Shown: positions 1 to 12,599 of the stretch, one piece after another
Position numbering within the stretch: the first letter of the stretch is position 1
Layout: every line of letters begins with the position of its first letter
DNA from: Camelus dromedarius
Taxonomy: Eukaryota
Assembly (NCBI RefSeq): GCF_036321535.1
Contig: NC_087436.1
Span: 4,402,001 to 4,466,000, forward strand
DNA: 64,000 nucleotides
Direction: 5' to 3'
Notes under the pieces: generated by a model
Database searches by the model: none
Seen by the model: the letters and a program-made list of their open reading frames with translations, nothing else
Told to the model about the DNA's origin: nothing
Made by a program: the position numbers and the translations under genes

Positions 1-74
1 ATTCTATTGATGAGCGTCTGCTATCTTTGCTTTTGAGTGGCTGTTAATCAGACTAGGACATAAGTGATCTCTTC

Positions 75-861
75 TTTGTTTTGTTTTTAATTGAAATATA
101 GTCAGTTACAATGTATCAGTCTTGGAGTGCAGCACCATGTCCCAGGCATGCATATACACACATATATTCATTTTCATAGTCTTTTTCATTAAAGATTATT
201 ACAAGATATTGAATATAGTTCCCTGTGACATACAGAAGAATATTTTAAATCTATTTTTATATATAGTGGTTAACATTTGCAAATCTCAAACTCTCAAATT
301 TATTCCTTCCCACACTCTTTCCCTGGTAACCATAAGGTTGTTTACTATGTCTGTGAGTCTGTTTCTTTTGTAGATGAGTTCATTAGCATCCTCATTTTTC
401 TTTCTTCTTTTTTGGTTCTACATACAAGTGATATCATGTGGTAATTTTCTTTCTCTGTCTGACTTACTTCACTTAAAATGTCTCCAGGTCCATCCATGTT
501 GCTGCAAATGGCATTATTTTAGTCTTTTTTATGGCTGAGTATTATTCCATTGTATAAATATACCATGACTTCTTTATCCAGTCATCTGTTGATGGACATT
601 TAAGTTGTTTCCAGTCTTGGCTATTGTAAATAGTACTGCTATGAACATTGGGGTGCAGGTATCATCCTGAAGTAGGGTTCCTTCTGGATATATGCCCAGG
701 AGTGGGATTCCTGGGTCATATGGTAAGTCTATTCCTAGTCTTTTGAGGAAACTCAATACTGTTTTCCACAGTGGCTGCACCAAACTGCATTCCCACCAGC
801 AGTGTAGGAGGGTTCCCTTTTCTCCACAGCCTCTCCAATATTTGTCATTTGTGGACTTTTT
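75..861 (-). mobile_element. L1 3' end (camelid-type, 5'-truncated)
   Basis: ORF2 C-terminal peptide [36 protein letters not shown] followed by 3'UTR; T-rich tail at the left. Confidence 0.92.
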
Positions 862-930
862 ATGTTACAGATAAGGATGTTGAGGCTCTGAGAAGCTAAG
901 TAACCTGTCCAAATTCCAGTGGCTCAGAAG
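862..930 (-). mobile_element. MIR fragment
   Basis: ttacagataaggatgttgaggctctgagaagctaagtaacctgtccaa resembles the MIR core. Confidence 0.6.
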
Positions 931-979
931 TGCTGGAATGAACAAGCTAAGGAGCCAGTTTCCCACTCATCATCTCCTC

Positions 980-2225
980 TGGTGTGTATGCACTGAGTCC
1001 ACGCTGGAGGTCATACACTCCTCTAGACAGCGGAGACCGAGGGGTGAACAGAAAAGTTGGTGTCCCTTCCTTCACAGAGGTGACAACCAAGTGTGAGGGA
1101 CACAGGCACTGTTCAGGCAGCCACATAAGTATATGTAAAGTGTCATCTGTAATATGTGTTATGAGGAAAGGAATGTGACAGTTTGTGTCATAAGAGGGTT
1201 AAGCATATTCTTAGGGAGGAATCCTAGAAAGCTCCCTGGGAAAAGCTCCTCAGGGTTTAGCTGAGAAGGAGGGTAGCAAAGGCACTGCTGTGGACTGAAT
1301 CATGTCCCCCCAGATTCATATGTTGAAACCCTAGTTCCCTCTAACATGATGGTGTTTGGAGATTGGTCTTTGGGAAGTAATCGAGTTTATATGAGGCCAA
1401 GCGGGTGGGGCCCTGGTCATGGGATTAGTGCCCTTATAAGGAGAGACTTGGAGAGCTGGCTCTTACCCTTACCACCTGCATGCAGACAGAGAAGAGGTTA
1501 CATGAGCACAGGCGGGCTGCCTCCAGACCACCAGCAGGGCTCTCACAGACACCAGCATGCTGGCACCTTCTTCCTGGCCTCCCTGTTGGTGTTTCCTGCT
1601 CCGTGGTGCTGTGTGGGCAGCTGAGCTGGCTGAATGGAGGGGCATACATGAGGAGACCCCTCAGCCTGTTGGAAGAGGACAAAGGCAGTGTGGTCTGTGT
1701 GCAGACCGCAAGGACTGGCACAGTTTGAATGAGGCTGTGAGGGCCCAGGCAGGGTGGGTGCACACGAGACCACTCTAGGAATGGGCTTTTGTACCGAGAG
1801 CATCAGGTGGACACGGAGACACTCAAGTCCTGCCACAGTTTTGTTCTGGAAGGATCCCTCTGGCTGCTTACAGACTGTGGAGGGGGGTGGGCATGGGGAG
1901 GGGCTGGTCCCCAGGCTCCTGCGTGCACAGCTCAGCTCACTGGGGAAGGAGCACTGAACAAATGAAGGATAAGAGGGAAGACCTGAGACGGTCTACAGAC
2001 CTCTGAGGGTGCCTGCCCCATGCCCCCCACGTGAGCTCTTGCAGTCCAAACATGGGAGCTGATCGGGGCTAACTTTATAGGCTCACTTTTGACGTGCTGA
2101 TTTTGAGATAACCTTGGAACACTCAAGTGATGATGTGCAGGTCTGTACTTAGAGGAGGGGTCAGGGGCAGAGATAAATGTATTTGTGGGCACTTGCTGCT
2201 CAATGGAAGAATCAGGGAGAGGGTA
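980..2225 (-). mobile_element. Degraded L2 fragments flanking an MLT1 LTR
   Basis: Purine-rich L2-like phrases (gtgaacagaaaag..ccttcacagag; gggctttt..aaggatccctctggctgct). Confidence 0.45.
1286..1580 (+). mobile_element. MLT1 (MaLR) LTR fragment
   Basis: tgctgtggactgaatcatgtccccccagattcatatgttgaaacccta..gattagtgcccttataag. Confidence 0.8.
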
Positions 2226-2459
2226 TAAGAACATAGGAGGTTATAAAATAGATAACAAGGTCCTACCGTACAGCACAGGGAACTATATTCAACATCGTGC
2301 AGTAAAGCAGTGGGTGTCAGAGGTCAGGAACGGGCAAAGGAAGGTCCTTGCCCCACCCCCCCCACCCAGCAGAGAACTAGGCTCCTTTCCGTGGGGTTGG
2401 CTGCTCTGAGAGGCGGTGGGAGCCGGGTGGGCTGGGGTGGGAGGAGTCTGGGCGCTCCA

Positions 2460-2968
2460 GCCTGCATTGCTGCGATAACAAGTTAGCACGAAATTAGTTG
2501 CTTAAAATAACGGAACTTAATAGCTTACATTTCTGGAGGGGAGAAGTTTGAAACAGTTCTCACTGGGCAAAAGTCGAGGTGTCAGCAGCGCTGTCCTCCT
2601 TCTGGAGAGTCAAGGGCAAAATGTGTTCCCATGCCCTTTCCAGCTTCTGGAGGCGCCCGCCTTCCTGGGACCACGGCCCCTTCCTCACCTCCAGACCAGA
2701 AGTGCAGCATCTCGATCTCCCTCTCTGACTCTGACCCTTGCTTCTGTCCTCATGTGTCCTCATGTGACTCTTTCCCCGCCTCTCCTTTTCACCTGTCAGG
2801 ACCCTTGTGACTGTGCTCAGGTCCATCCAGGCAATTCGGGGTAATGTCCCCATCTCGGGGTCCTTATTCAGCCACATCTGCAGAGGCCCCTCTGCTGGGT
2901 CAGGTAAGCTGCGCAGGCTCTGGGGGCGGGATGTGCATGTCTGTGGGAGGCCACTTCTCTGCCACCGT
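2460..2968 (-). mobile_element. MLT1 (MaLR) LTR
   Basis: ttgctgcgataacaagttagcac..gcttaaaataac..ttctggagg..ttccagcttctggagg..cacatctgcagag. Confidence 0.75.
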
Positions 2969-3422
2969 GCACCCCTGTCCCTCTCCCGCCTGTGGCTCCA
3001 GCTCCTGGCAGAAACCCCCTTGGGGGAGCTCTGAGTTCCTGGGTTCAGCTGCCCTGCCGGGGGTCTGACACCTGGGCTCTCACTACACCGCTTGCTGTGA
3101 TGTGCCCTTCGTGGGTGGTAGGCGGCCCCTGACGCTGTGACCTTGGGTCGCCTCACGGTCCCTCATGTGGCTTCCTGCATCTGCCCTTACGCAGGTAGCA
3201 GGTAACAGCAGGCAACCGGAGGACAGCCTGAGGGTTTGTCTTCCCGGGTGGCTGGGCCTTGAAGGTGAGGACTGACGGCGGCTTGAATTCAGGTAGTGAG
3301 GGAGGTCAAAACATTTGCTCAGGTTTAAGTGAAATGATTAAATAAAAATGATTACCTATAAGTTTTCTAAGCCAAAAATCCTGCTGTATTCTGTCCTGTT
3401 ACTTTTTAAAAGTGTTACTTAC

Positions 3423-3786
3423 TTCTCAACTGTGACTCAGGGATAAGTTAATTGTATTTGTGGAAATTAGAGACAAAATTGTCACAAAAACTTCCTTTCT
3501 TTCTTTGACTGGGTAGTTGAGAATGTATCATTAAGCACTTCCACAGGTGGATGGATTTTGGTTGTTTGGTTATGATGGAAACAAGACGTGAGGTTGAAGG
3601 ATGAATTAAAGCCATCAGTAAACATCCAAGGAAGGTAACGTTTAATGGAAGATTTTCTCTATAAATGATACATTTTAAACAGCACTAAAAATACAGTTTT
3701 CCAGAGATAAATTCTAAAATTAATGAATCAAGTGTTTCCTTTGGGATGTGAATAGCGAAAAACACTAAGGAAAACGTTTAAGATCC
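3423..3786 (-). pseudogene. Pseudo-exon with an RGS-like repeat (3'-most found)
   Basis: cctttcttttaag| acceptor and GAA|gtaagt donor. Single frame ILNVFLSVF..IYLWKTV..SIKRYL..KIHPPVEVLNDTFSTTQ with 5 stops in 120 codons. Confidence 0.45.
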
Positions 3787-4629
3787 CTTAAAAGAAAGGT
3801 TTATTATAGCCGTTACCTTCATCCCAGAGGCCTTTGTTTCTCTTCAGCATTGACATCTTGATTAGAGCATCTCACCTGAGTTTATTCAGAGATCCTCCAC
3901 TGGAACAGCTCGGTGAAGCAGCTTCTGACTTGGGTTCACCTCAGCTCTACCATTCGTGAGCCTTGTGATCTCAAGTTTTTTTTTTTAACCATTTTGAGCC
4001 TTGGTTCTTATAAGTAATATAGCATCAATTTAGCCCAATTCAAGAGACTGAGGATTAAACGCAGAGAATCTGTTTCTGAGTAGGTGAGCAAAGACATCGG
4101 AGGTATCATTATGGGCATGATTTTGTGGTAGAAAATTCCAGTTATAAGACTAAAGATTTATTTCTTCACTCCTTCCCTTGCATTCCCTCTCCAGCATTCT
4201 TCTTGTCAATTTTCAGGTGTCTATTAAGCATTCCGTGGAAAGGCTGATAGGAAGTTGGAGAAACAGTAAGGTTTTCAGGGAAGAGGTACAGGTTGGAAAT
4301 GCACACGGATGGTATTTAACGCTATGGGGCTAGGCGGGCACATGCAGATGTAAAATGTTTCAGGAACTAGGCGTAGCACACTGTGAACCCAGAAGGCGAC
4401 AAGGGGGCTCCTAAATGCTGCTACTCCCAAGGACACAGTGAATGGACAGCTCCCCATGGAGCAGTTTCCTCAGAGAGAAACACAGAAACAGCTGGGCAGC
4501 TCCTGCATGTGGGTGACTGGGAATTGATGCAATTCACGTGGGACCCAGTGCAGAGTGGAGAAGATGGGAGTTGGCCTGGGGGACCACACAGAAATCACCC
4601 GGCAAGGGGCGACACAGGGTTAGCGTGAC

Positions 4630-4945
4630 ATGTCATGGGCTCACTGGTGTCTCCCCAACATTCACATGTCAAAGTCCCAATAACCAGTAGCTCAGAATGT
4701 GGCCACGTAGGGAGACAGGGTCTTTACATAGGTAAGTGAGTGACAGTGTGGTCTGATCTAATGTGACTGGTCTCCTTAGAAGAAGAAATTTGGACACAAA
4801 TGCTAAGAGAGGGAAAACTGATGTGAGAACAGGGAGAGGACAGCTGCCTGCAAGCTTGGGACAGAGGCCTGGAGCAGACCCTTCCCTTGTGGTCCCAAGA
4901 AGGAACCCACCCTGGGACCCCTTGATCTCAGACCCCCAGCCTCCT
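4630..4945 (+). mobile_element. MLT1B/C-like LTR fragment
   Basis: tgtcatgggct..attcacatgtcaaagtcc..ctcagaatgtg..gactggtctccttagaagaagaaatttggacac. Confidence 0.8.
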
Positions 4946-5633
4946 CCGCTGGATTCCCTGCCCTCCCGACAGGTGTCACCAAGGCTCCACCTACTGACTG
5001 TACTCTTACGACTCCAGAGTCCACACATCTCATATCTTTCTTAAAATAAATTAATGTTGATCTGTATTTTTTAGGCATTTCAAATAAATGAAAGCTGAAT
5101 TCATTTGTTTTTCCCCTGAACCAGTTTCTGCCTCTTTCTTCCCTATATCCTGGCTTCTCCACCTAACCAGGCACCCAAGATGGAAAGTATCCTGTCATCT
5201 TGAATTCCCTCCTTTTTGTCACTCACATCCCATTTCAGTCTTCCTTTGCCTCGAAAGAACTGACTTCTTAGCTCTAGAGACATCTCTGTTCCCTCTCCCC
5301 TCTGCTGTCTCTCCATCCTTCCTGACAACCTTCAGTAAAAGCTCTCATCTGCTTTTGCACGCACCTCGTCCAGGCAAAGACAAACTTTCAAAAGGCAGGT
5401 GGAGTTATTCAAATATGTTACTAAAATTACTTTCTTCTTCACCGTGAACTGGCTACCCAAGAACAGAGCTATGGTTTATTAAACACTAAATAATTCAAAG
5501 CAATATAATTAAATAGTTTTAACCTAGAAATAATAAATATGATGTATTCTTCTTACTGGCAAATCTTTTCTTGGGTAAATATAAAGACAAAAGGAGAGTA
5601 TAATTTTGAGACCTCGTATCTCGCATTTAATAC

Positions 5634-6136
5634 CATGTTTATATGAACATAATTCTTTAGAAATTTATCTCTCCGTGAAGTCATCAGTTCCAGATTTAGG
5701 GTTAAGAGAAGTAAACTGAGATAGGTATTATGACTGGAAACTAGGTGATTTATAATCTTACTATTTAAAATTGCTGTTTTAAAACTAATTTTTTAATCCA
5801 ACGCTTTATGAAGATTAAACGAGAGCAGCGCTCAGATTAATATGCACCGAGGCAGAACTGTGCACACATCTCCTGGTTTTGGCACGGTGAGCATTTACTT
5901 TATTTTAAAGTTTCAACTTTGGCATCACTGAGGCCAGTTGGAAAGTCTCAAAGTTCTCAGAACGTAGTTCCAGATTTCACTTCTCATTTACCTTGAGATG
6001 AAATCAAACATTACAGAGAATGCTCTCCCATATAGACCCTTTTAACATTCTGAATTAAAAGCACACAACCTGAGGCTGGAAACTAGCTTTGAAATACTTA
6101 TCCCAGGAAAATAATTCGCTTATTCTCAGTACAAAT
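5634..6136 (-). pseudogene. Pseudo-exon with an RGS-like repeat
   Basis: cctgttctag| acceptor. Frameshifted peptides FRMLKGSIWESIL, FPTGLSDAKVETLK and SFKTAILNSKIINHL. ATG|gtatta donor. Confidence 0.45.
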
Positions 6137-8410
6137 CTAGAACAGGTTTAAAGTGGAAAAAAAATTTAAGCTTCATTACAAGAATCAGAGTTTTGTATGT
6201 GATTAGTTGTTCATCTTTACTGCTAGATTAATGAAAGCATGTCCCTAAAGTGTAATTTCTATCCTAATGGATCTTGAGAAACCTGACTAGGTATAGATCT
6301 GTGTAAGTCCAAAACGAGAAATAAAATAAATACAATTACCATTTAATGCATGAGCTCATCAGTGCCTCTCAGTCCAGCTTGCCATTTTCACTTGACATAC
6401 TGCAAAAAATAATTCTCATAATTTTTTATCTATCTTTATAGAGATCACAATATAATCAGCTCAGGAATTCAGAACTTGCTATCAGTGCTATAATTAATTT
6501 TTTCAGCATTTAGTCCTACATGCTTTTGAACTTTACATGAATGACTTCAAATTGTTTAAAAAAAACTGAAACAAGTTTTTTTTTTCAATTTAAAAAAATT
6601 CAGGTGGGAAACTGGAGACATCCAATATAAATGACCTTTTAAGAAGTTTTGGCACAAATAGAAATAGAAAAATAAGTGATGGTTGGTGGAGAAAGTAGGA
6701 TCTAAAGAAGATTTTACTTTTTTTAAGACGAGGGAAATTGCATGCTTGTTTGCGGTTGGAAATAATCCATTAGAGGGAGAAGAGATGGCGAAACAGAAAA
6801 TAGAGGGAAGATTGCTGGTGAATCAGACCTAATACACACGTGGACGGATTACCTTTAGATAAAAACGTCAGTAGTTCACTAACCACAGAGTTCGTAGGAT
6901 ACACGCTGATAAGTTGGAGATATAAAAAGGGAATCTGGAAATTCTTTTCTCACAGCTTCAATTTTCTCAGTTATAAAGAAAGAAGGTTCTCAACTAGGCG
7001 TGATGATGGAGGAGGAAGAGCTGGAAGCTGGGAGAGAGGAAGCAGGAAGGGCCCTGGGGGGAGGGGCAGAGCTGACCCTGCAGCTCCTTTGAGGTCCACG
7101 GGCAACATGGTTCCGTGCTTCCATCAACCACGGTCAGATGCTCTGCTGCAGGTGTGAGGTGGGCGGAGGGTGGGCTGAACACTGCTGCGCTGTGGTCCCC
7201 GGGGAGAGACAGCCAGAGAGCTGATGATGGTTTCATGGGAGTGACTGTAATGACGCGGGGGTTTAAGCTGAATAAGGAGGAAAACTGAAATGAAGATGAA
7301 ACTGAGTGAAAAGTGGCAGGGTCACAGAAGTAGACATTTCAAGAGGCTTTGAAGTCCAGGAGAACGTGCAGGAAGGGGAGGAGGTGGCGGTCAAAGGGCT
7401 GGGTGAGGGGGCTGAGAGCACAGGAGGGCTGTGATTACCGGTAGCGACAAGGCGAGGGTAGTGGGGGCAGGTGGAAGACACCATCTTCACAGGAGAGAAG
7501 CTCAGGAAGTGACCGCCCAGGGAGCCAGAAGAGCTATCCGGCGTAAGTTAAGGGCAGAGAACTCAGACAAGATGAGGAATGAATATTCGAGATACGTGGG
7601 CTTGAGAAAGGGTCTCCAAGATGCCAGCCTGAGTGAGGGATGAGATTCAAAAATGCAAGGCTGTCCAGAGAACGGAGGACGGTTGGTCTGTAACCACAAA
7701 ACAGGGAGCAAGCTGAACGCCTGTTCTGCCCCCAGCCCGCGGTAAGAGGTCTGCAGGGGGAGACGGAACGAAAGCCCTCGCGGCCTGGGGCGGGCTGCGG
7801 GGGGTCTGCTTCTCCACACTTAAGAGCAAAAATGTAGTTGCTGTCCCCAGTGAAACTACTAACTCTTGTAAAATGGGGCAGAGTTCACGTGCATTTTTCT
7901 CCGTGGCACCCAGCATCGTGCTTTGCGCTTAGCAGGAAGTCTTTGTTGAATGGACTTCATTTCAGTATGCTGTCCCTTTATTCTGCTGGTCCTTTTATTC
8001 TGCTTATACTGGAATCAGATGCAAAACGTGAAACTATAAGATGAATAGAATTTCATCTCACTCTGTTAGAGATAACTCGGAGATATTCACCGAAGATGCG
8101 AGAGGAAGTAGAAAATACGCACTGAAGGGACGTGTGGTTGACAACGTTGCTGGAGTGGTTAAAACGACAAAGTGAGGACAAGGAAGAACATCTTAAACGT
8201 TTTGTGGGTGGTAGGTGAGTAGGGTGGAGATAAAGGTTGATAGAGATTGAATTCTCCTATGAAATGTAACAGGTTAATGCTGAATTACAAGCCTACAGGT
8301 CCCAAGGATATTGTTACAGGGGATCAGATCAAGCAGTGATTCTGATGAATCTGCAAAGGCAAGTTCATTGTGAAGTTATCAGTGAGGAATTGTTAAACAC
8401 ATGTAATTAC

Positions 8411-8920
8411 ATTTTTCTTTCTTTAGTGTTCTGGGAAAATAGGGTTGAATTCACAGCCACTCCAGTACTTTAGACGGCGTCTTCCATGGCAGACCTTAAT
8501 TGAATGGCAGAGTGAAGAGGATGCAAATATAGAGGCACTATGAAAAGCCATTGTGTACAGGCTTAGGGAGGGTTGGGAAAAATAAAGAATGTAATCATTT
8601 TAGATTATTTTTCTGCTTCTTCGTTTTCTTTAAGTTTTCTTTTTATTGGATTGATCAGTCATTCCAGAAATACAGATTACTTCTTGTCTTTGTGGACTGA
8701 ATGGTAACCATTTCCTGCCATCTGAGGCTCTTCTGTTGCAATTTTGGGAGCAGTCTGAAAAGATCAGATTAAAATCTATACACTCTTCAGTGTGACAATT
8801 TTCAGTTTTAGCAATTTATTCTAGCGTTTTATACCAACCAGTATATAGATTTGATGTATAAGGATAATGTGCTTTGGCGCATTCTGAATAGTTTAATTTC
8901 CAAAGAAGATGCACGCTTTA
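8411..8920 (-). pseudogene. Pseudo-exon: end of one RGS-like repeat plus a further repeat
   Basis: tgtgctttaaag| acceptor. Peptides DKA/HLLWKL..HYPYTSNLY, then RSNLYFWND* and KVLEWL*IQPYFPRTLK. AAT|gtaatt donor. Confidence 0.6.
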
Positions 8921-8944
8921 CTTTAAAGCACAAAGTTTTCAAGC

Positions 8945-9540
8945 TTCATTCATGTTACAGCCTGTATCAGAACTTCATTCTTTTTGTTACATCACACTCA
9001 TCATACAGGTATACTGTATTCTGTTTACTGGTTTAGCTGATGGACATTTAGTTTGTGCCAAGTTTTTGGAATTATTGTGGACAATTCTGCTGTAAGTTTT
9101 CATGTACAATTTTTTGTTTGGACTTACGTTGTCATTGCTCTTAATCGTATACCTGAGTGGAACTGCTGAGTCATATAACTATGTCTTGTTATTTTGAGGG
9201 AATGCCAACTGTCCTCCAAAGTGGTTGCACCATTTTACATCCTCACCAGTCATGCGTAGATGCTTCCAAATTTTCTACGTCCTCACCAACACTGTCTTTT
9301 GTATGACAGCCATCCTAATGGATGTGAGGCAGCATCTCCTTGAGTTTCTTTCAATGAGGTATAATTGATTTACAATATTATATAATTTCAGCTGTACAGC
9401 ATAGTGGTTCACAATTGTTAAAGATTATACTCCTTTTATAGTTACAAAATATTGGCTACAACCCCTGTGCTGTACAACATATCCTGTAGTTTATTTATTT
9501 TACACATGGTAGCTGGTACCTCTTTATCCCCTTCCCCACT
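8945..9540 (-). mobile_element. Old L1M 3' fragment plus artiodactyl-type L1 3'UTR fragment (from about 9350)
   Basis: gatggacattta..ccaaagtggttgcaccattttacatcctcaccag; then ggtataattgatttacaatattat..cctgtgctgtaca. Confidence 0.8.
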
Positions 9541-10213
9541 TGTGTATGTTTTAAAGTAGAGTTAGCAGAATATGTACACCTAGAAAAATCTGATATTATA
9601 AGGTAATACTGGAAGCTTAAAAGAGTTAAGGGAGGACCTTATTTACTTCTGTTGGGAAGTCTATATTTTTATTTTATATACCCTTGATTTATTTTGATTT
9701 AATTTTCTGCCATAAGTTTTGCTTAATTATATTTTTAAAATGGCTTATATTTTAAAAAGCCAGAAGCAAAACATAGTAAGCAAACATCATTAACCAAGTG
9801 TAAGTCTGACATTTGGTGTTTACTCCATCTGTAGCAGCCCTCAGAACAGCATTAATAGAGAACAACTATGAAGCTATAAGAAAAAGACAAGAATCTCAAT
9901 AGAAAAGTTGGAAGAGACTTATGGAACATCTCAAAGAAGATATAATAAAAATGGCCAATAAAAACAACCTAAAAAAATGCTTAAAGAAATTTCACTGTGC
10001 TCAGAAATATATAGAAAGTCACAGAAAAGAAAGCAAAACTCACTGTTGTAAATATATTTGAGGTATCTTTTCATCCTCTTTTTTATCTATATGTACATAT
10101 CGAACAAAATTGGACTATTCACACTTTTTTGTGTGTATTTCTTTATTTAATGGGATAACTACTTTTCTTCTGTTTCACTAAACCTTTTATGTCTTGATTT
10201 TAACAAATGAATA

Positions 10214-10924
10214 GAGCAGTATGGAGATTTCTCAAAAGACTAGGTATAGACTTAGCACATGACCCAGGAATCCCGCTCCTGGGCATATATCCAGAAGGAA
10301 GCCTACTTCAAAAAGACACCTGCACCCCAATGTTCATAGCAGCACTATTTACAATAGCCAAGACACAGAAACAGCCTAAATGTCCATCGACAGATGACTG
10401 GATAAAGATGTGGTGTATTTATACAGTGGAATACTATTCAGCCATAAAAACGACAACATAATGCCATTTGCAGCAACATGGATGGACCTGCAGAATGTCA
10501 TTCTAAGTGAAGTAAGCCAGAAAGAGAAAGAAAAATACCATATGAGATCGCTCATATGTGGAATCTTAAAAAAAAAAAAAAAAAGAACGTAAATACAAAA
10601 CAGAAACAGACTCATAGACATAGAATACAAACTTGTGGTTGCCAAGGGGGCAGGGGGTGGGAAGGGACAGACTGAGATTTCAAAATTTGTAGATACTGAC
10701 AGGCATATGCAGAATAGATAAACAAGATTATACAGGGAAATATATACAAGATCTTGTGGTAGCTCACAGTGAAAAAAAATGTGACAATGAATATATGAAT
10801 GTTCATGTATAACTGAAAAATTGTGTTTTACACTGGAATTTGACACATTGTAAAATGACTATAACTGAATAAAAAAGTTAAAAAAATAAAAATAAATAAA
10901 AGAGCAAAAAAAAAAAAAAACCCC
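10214..10924 (+). mobile_element. Young camelid-type L1 3' end with poly(A)
   Basis: [24 protein letters not shown] peptide, 3'UTR and A-tail. Probable TSD acaa(a/c)tgaata at 10203-10213 and 10925-10935. Confidence 0.93.
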
Positions 10925-11299
10925 ACAACTGAATAAGATTATAATTTATTGAACCATTTCCTATAATTGAGCATTTAATATGTTTTCAGTAGCACATACT
11001 TATGTCTTTTTCTCAGAATAATTTCCTGGAAGTATATGGTTTTAGATGCCTATTTTCAAATTATACAGCTAAACATTTGAAAAGAATGTTAAAATGTGAA
11101 AGAAATTATGCCTTTTTTGCTCAAAGGGGAGTTTTTTTCTTTCTTCTTCTTCTCCTCCCTTTTTTTTTTGAGGACACCAATGACAAATTGTTGCCTGAAC
11201 CTCCTCTTCAGCTCACTGGTCCATGTGAGGCCAATTCATTGCTCTCAGCCCATTCTAGTCCCAAGATTCCAACCCCATTTCCTTTCTTCATAGATACCT

Positions 11300-11920
11300 A
11301 CTTTTCTAGTTTCATATATAAGTCTTTGAATACATATGTTTGGTTTAAAAATAGCCTTTGTTTTCTGTCTGGTAATTTACTTAATAAGTTAAAACTTGCT
11401 TATTTAGAATTTAGTATTTATTTAGTATGCCTAGTATAGTATTCATTTATGTAAACACTGTTGCCCAAGAAAAATTTCATGTTTATTTCCCATTCACTCA
11501 ACTCCATGTTTAAAATATCTATGCATGTTTATGTATGTGCATCAGATTTAGTAGTCCTAATTCTGTCTATAAATCATGTATGTGTCTATCACATTTTACC
11601 TTAATTCATTTAGTAATGAGCACTTTGTTTACCGCCAAAACCCCACTACTATGAACAGTGCTTGTATATTCTGAGCAATGATCCATTTTCTTGCTACCAT
11701 AATCAAAGACCACAGCAGTCATGGATCTCTCTGAGAATTCTGATAGGATACACACATCTGTAAAGTGGTAGGCTAGGTCATTGGGAACTGCATTCTTAAT
11801 TTGGCTAAATACTTCCAGATTGCTTTTCAGAAGGTCTTCACCAGTTTACAGACCACAGGTAATGCCTGAGAGTTTCTGTTTCCCAGTGGTGATTATCTGC
11901 ATAGCCTGTTGTTTTGTGAT
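11300..11920 (-). mobile_element. Old L1ME-like fragment
   Basis: Degraded L1 3' phrases (ctaggtcattggg..ttccagattgcttttcagaagg..ccagtttaca). Confidence 0.5.
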
Positions 11921-11999
11921 TTTTGTTTTGACAAGTAGGAAATAGTATTTATAGTAAATTTGGTCCCTATACAAAATAAAGGTGAAGATTTGTTGTTAC

Positions 12000-12083
12000 T
12001 CAAAGAATTCTAGCTTTGTGAAGTTAATCTGAATGCTTAGATTGATTTAAGCCTCTGCATCACTGAGGCCAATGGAAATATAA
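12000..12083 (-). pseudogene. 84-nt pseudo-exon, RGS helix 5-7-like
   Basis: agtttcag| acceptor and TGA|gtaaca donor. YISIGLSDAEA*INLSIQINFTKLEFF; splicing to 8920 gives FF-D-KA. Confidence 0.55.
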
Positions 12084-12599
12084 CTGAAACTACTTTAAAA
12101 ACATATCAGCTAAATCTATTTATATATTCTAAAAATACGTATTTTTAAATTTTCTTGAAATTATATAGTTATATTTTAATGTAAAATTAATACATGAAAG
12201 CCAAATTCTCTTAATGATAAAGCAGATTATATAAGACTTCTCTCCCAAAGTTAATAATTATAAATTATTGATAAAAACACAGAGATAATAATTACTTGCC
12301 TTTATTCAATAGAGAATAAATAAATTGGTTTAATAAAGATAGATAGATAGATATAAACTGTAAGACTGGAGAGAGACTAAAACCAGGAGGAAAATGGACC
12401 AGATGATTCGAGCCTTGATAAAAGGAACAGAAGCAGGTGTTTTTTATTTATATGACTTTTTATTTGATCATACTTGAATTCATACATTGGGTGACTCTAT
12501 CTCATTTAGAAAGCCACAGTCTTACTGGTCTTAGGATTCAGAAAGTTGAGTTCAGAAATGGCAAAATAGCTAAAAATTGAGGGGAAATTTTAGAAGGAA

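Noticed and set aside
6340..6515. Possible additional minus-strand pseudo-exon (LIIALIASSEFLS*LYCDLYK)
   Set aside because: Weak acceptor and only a faint motif; left out of the model.
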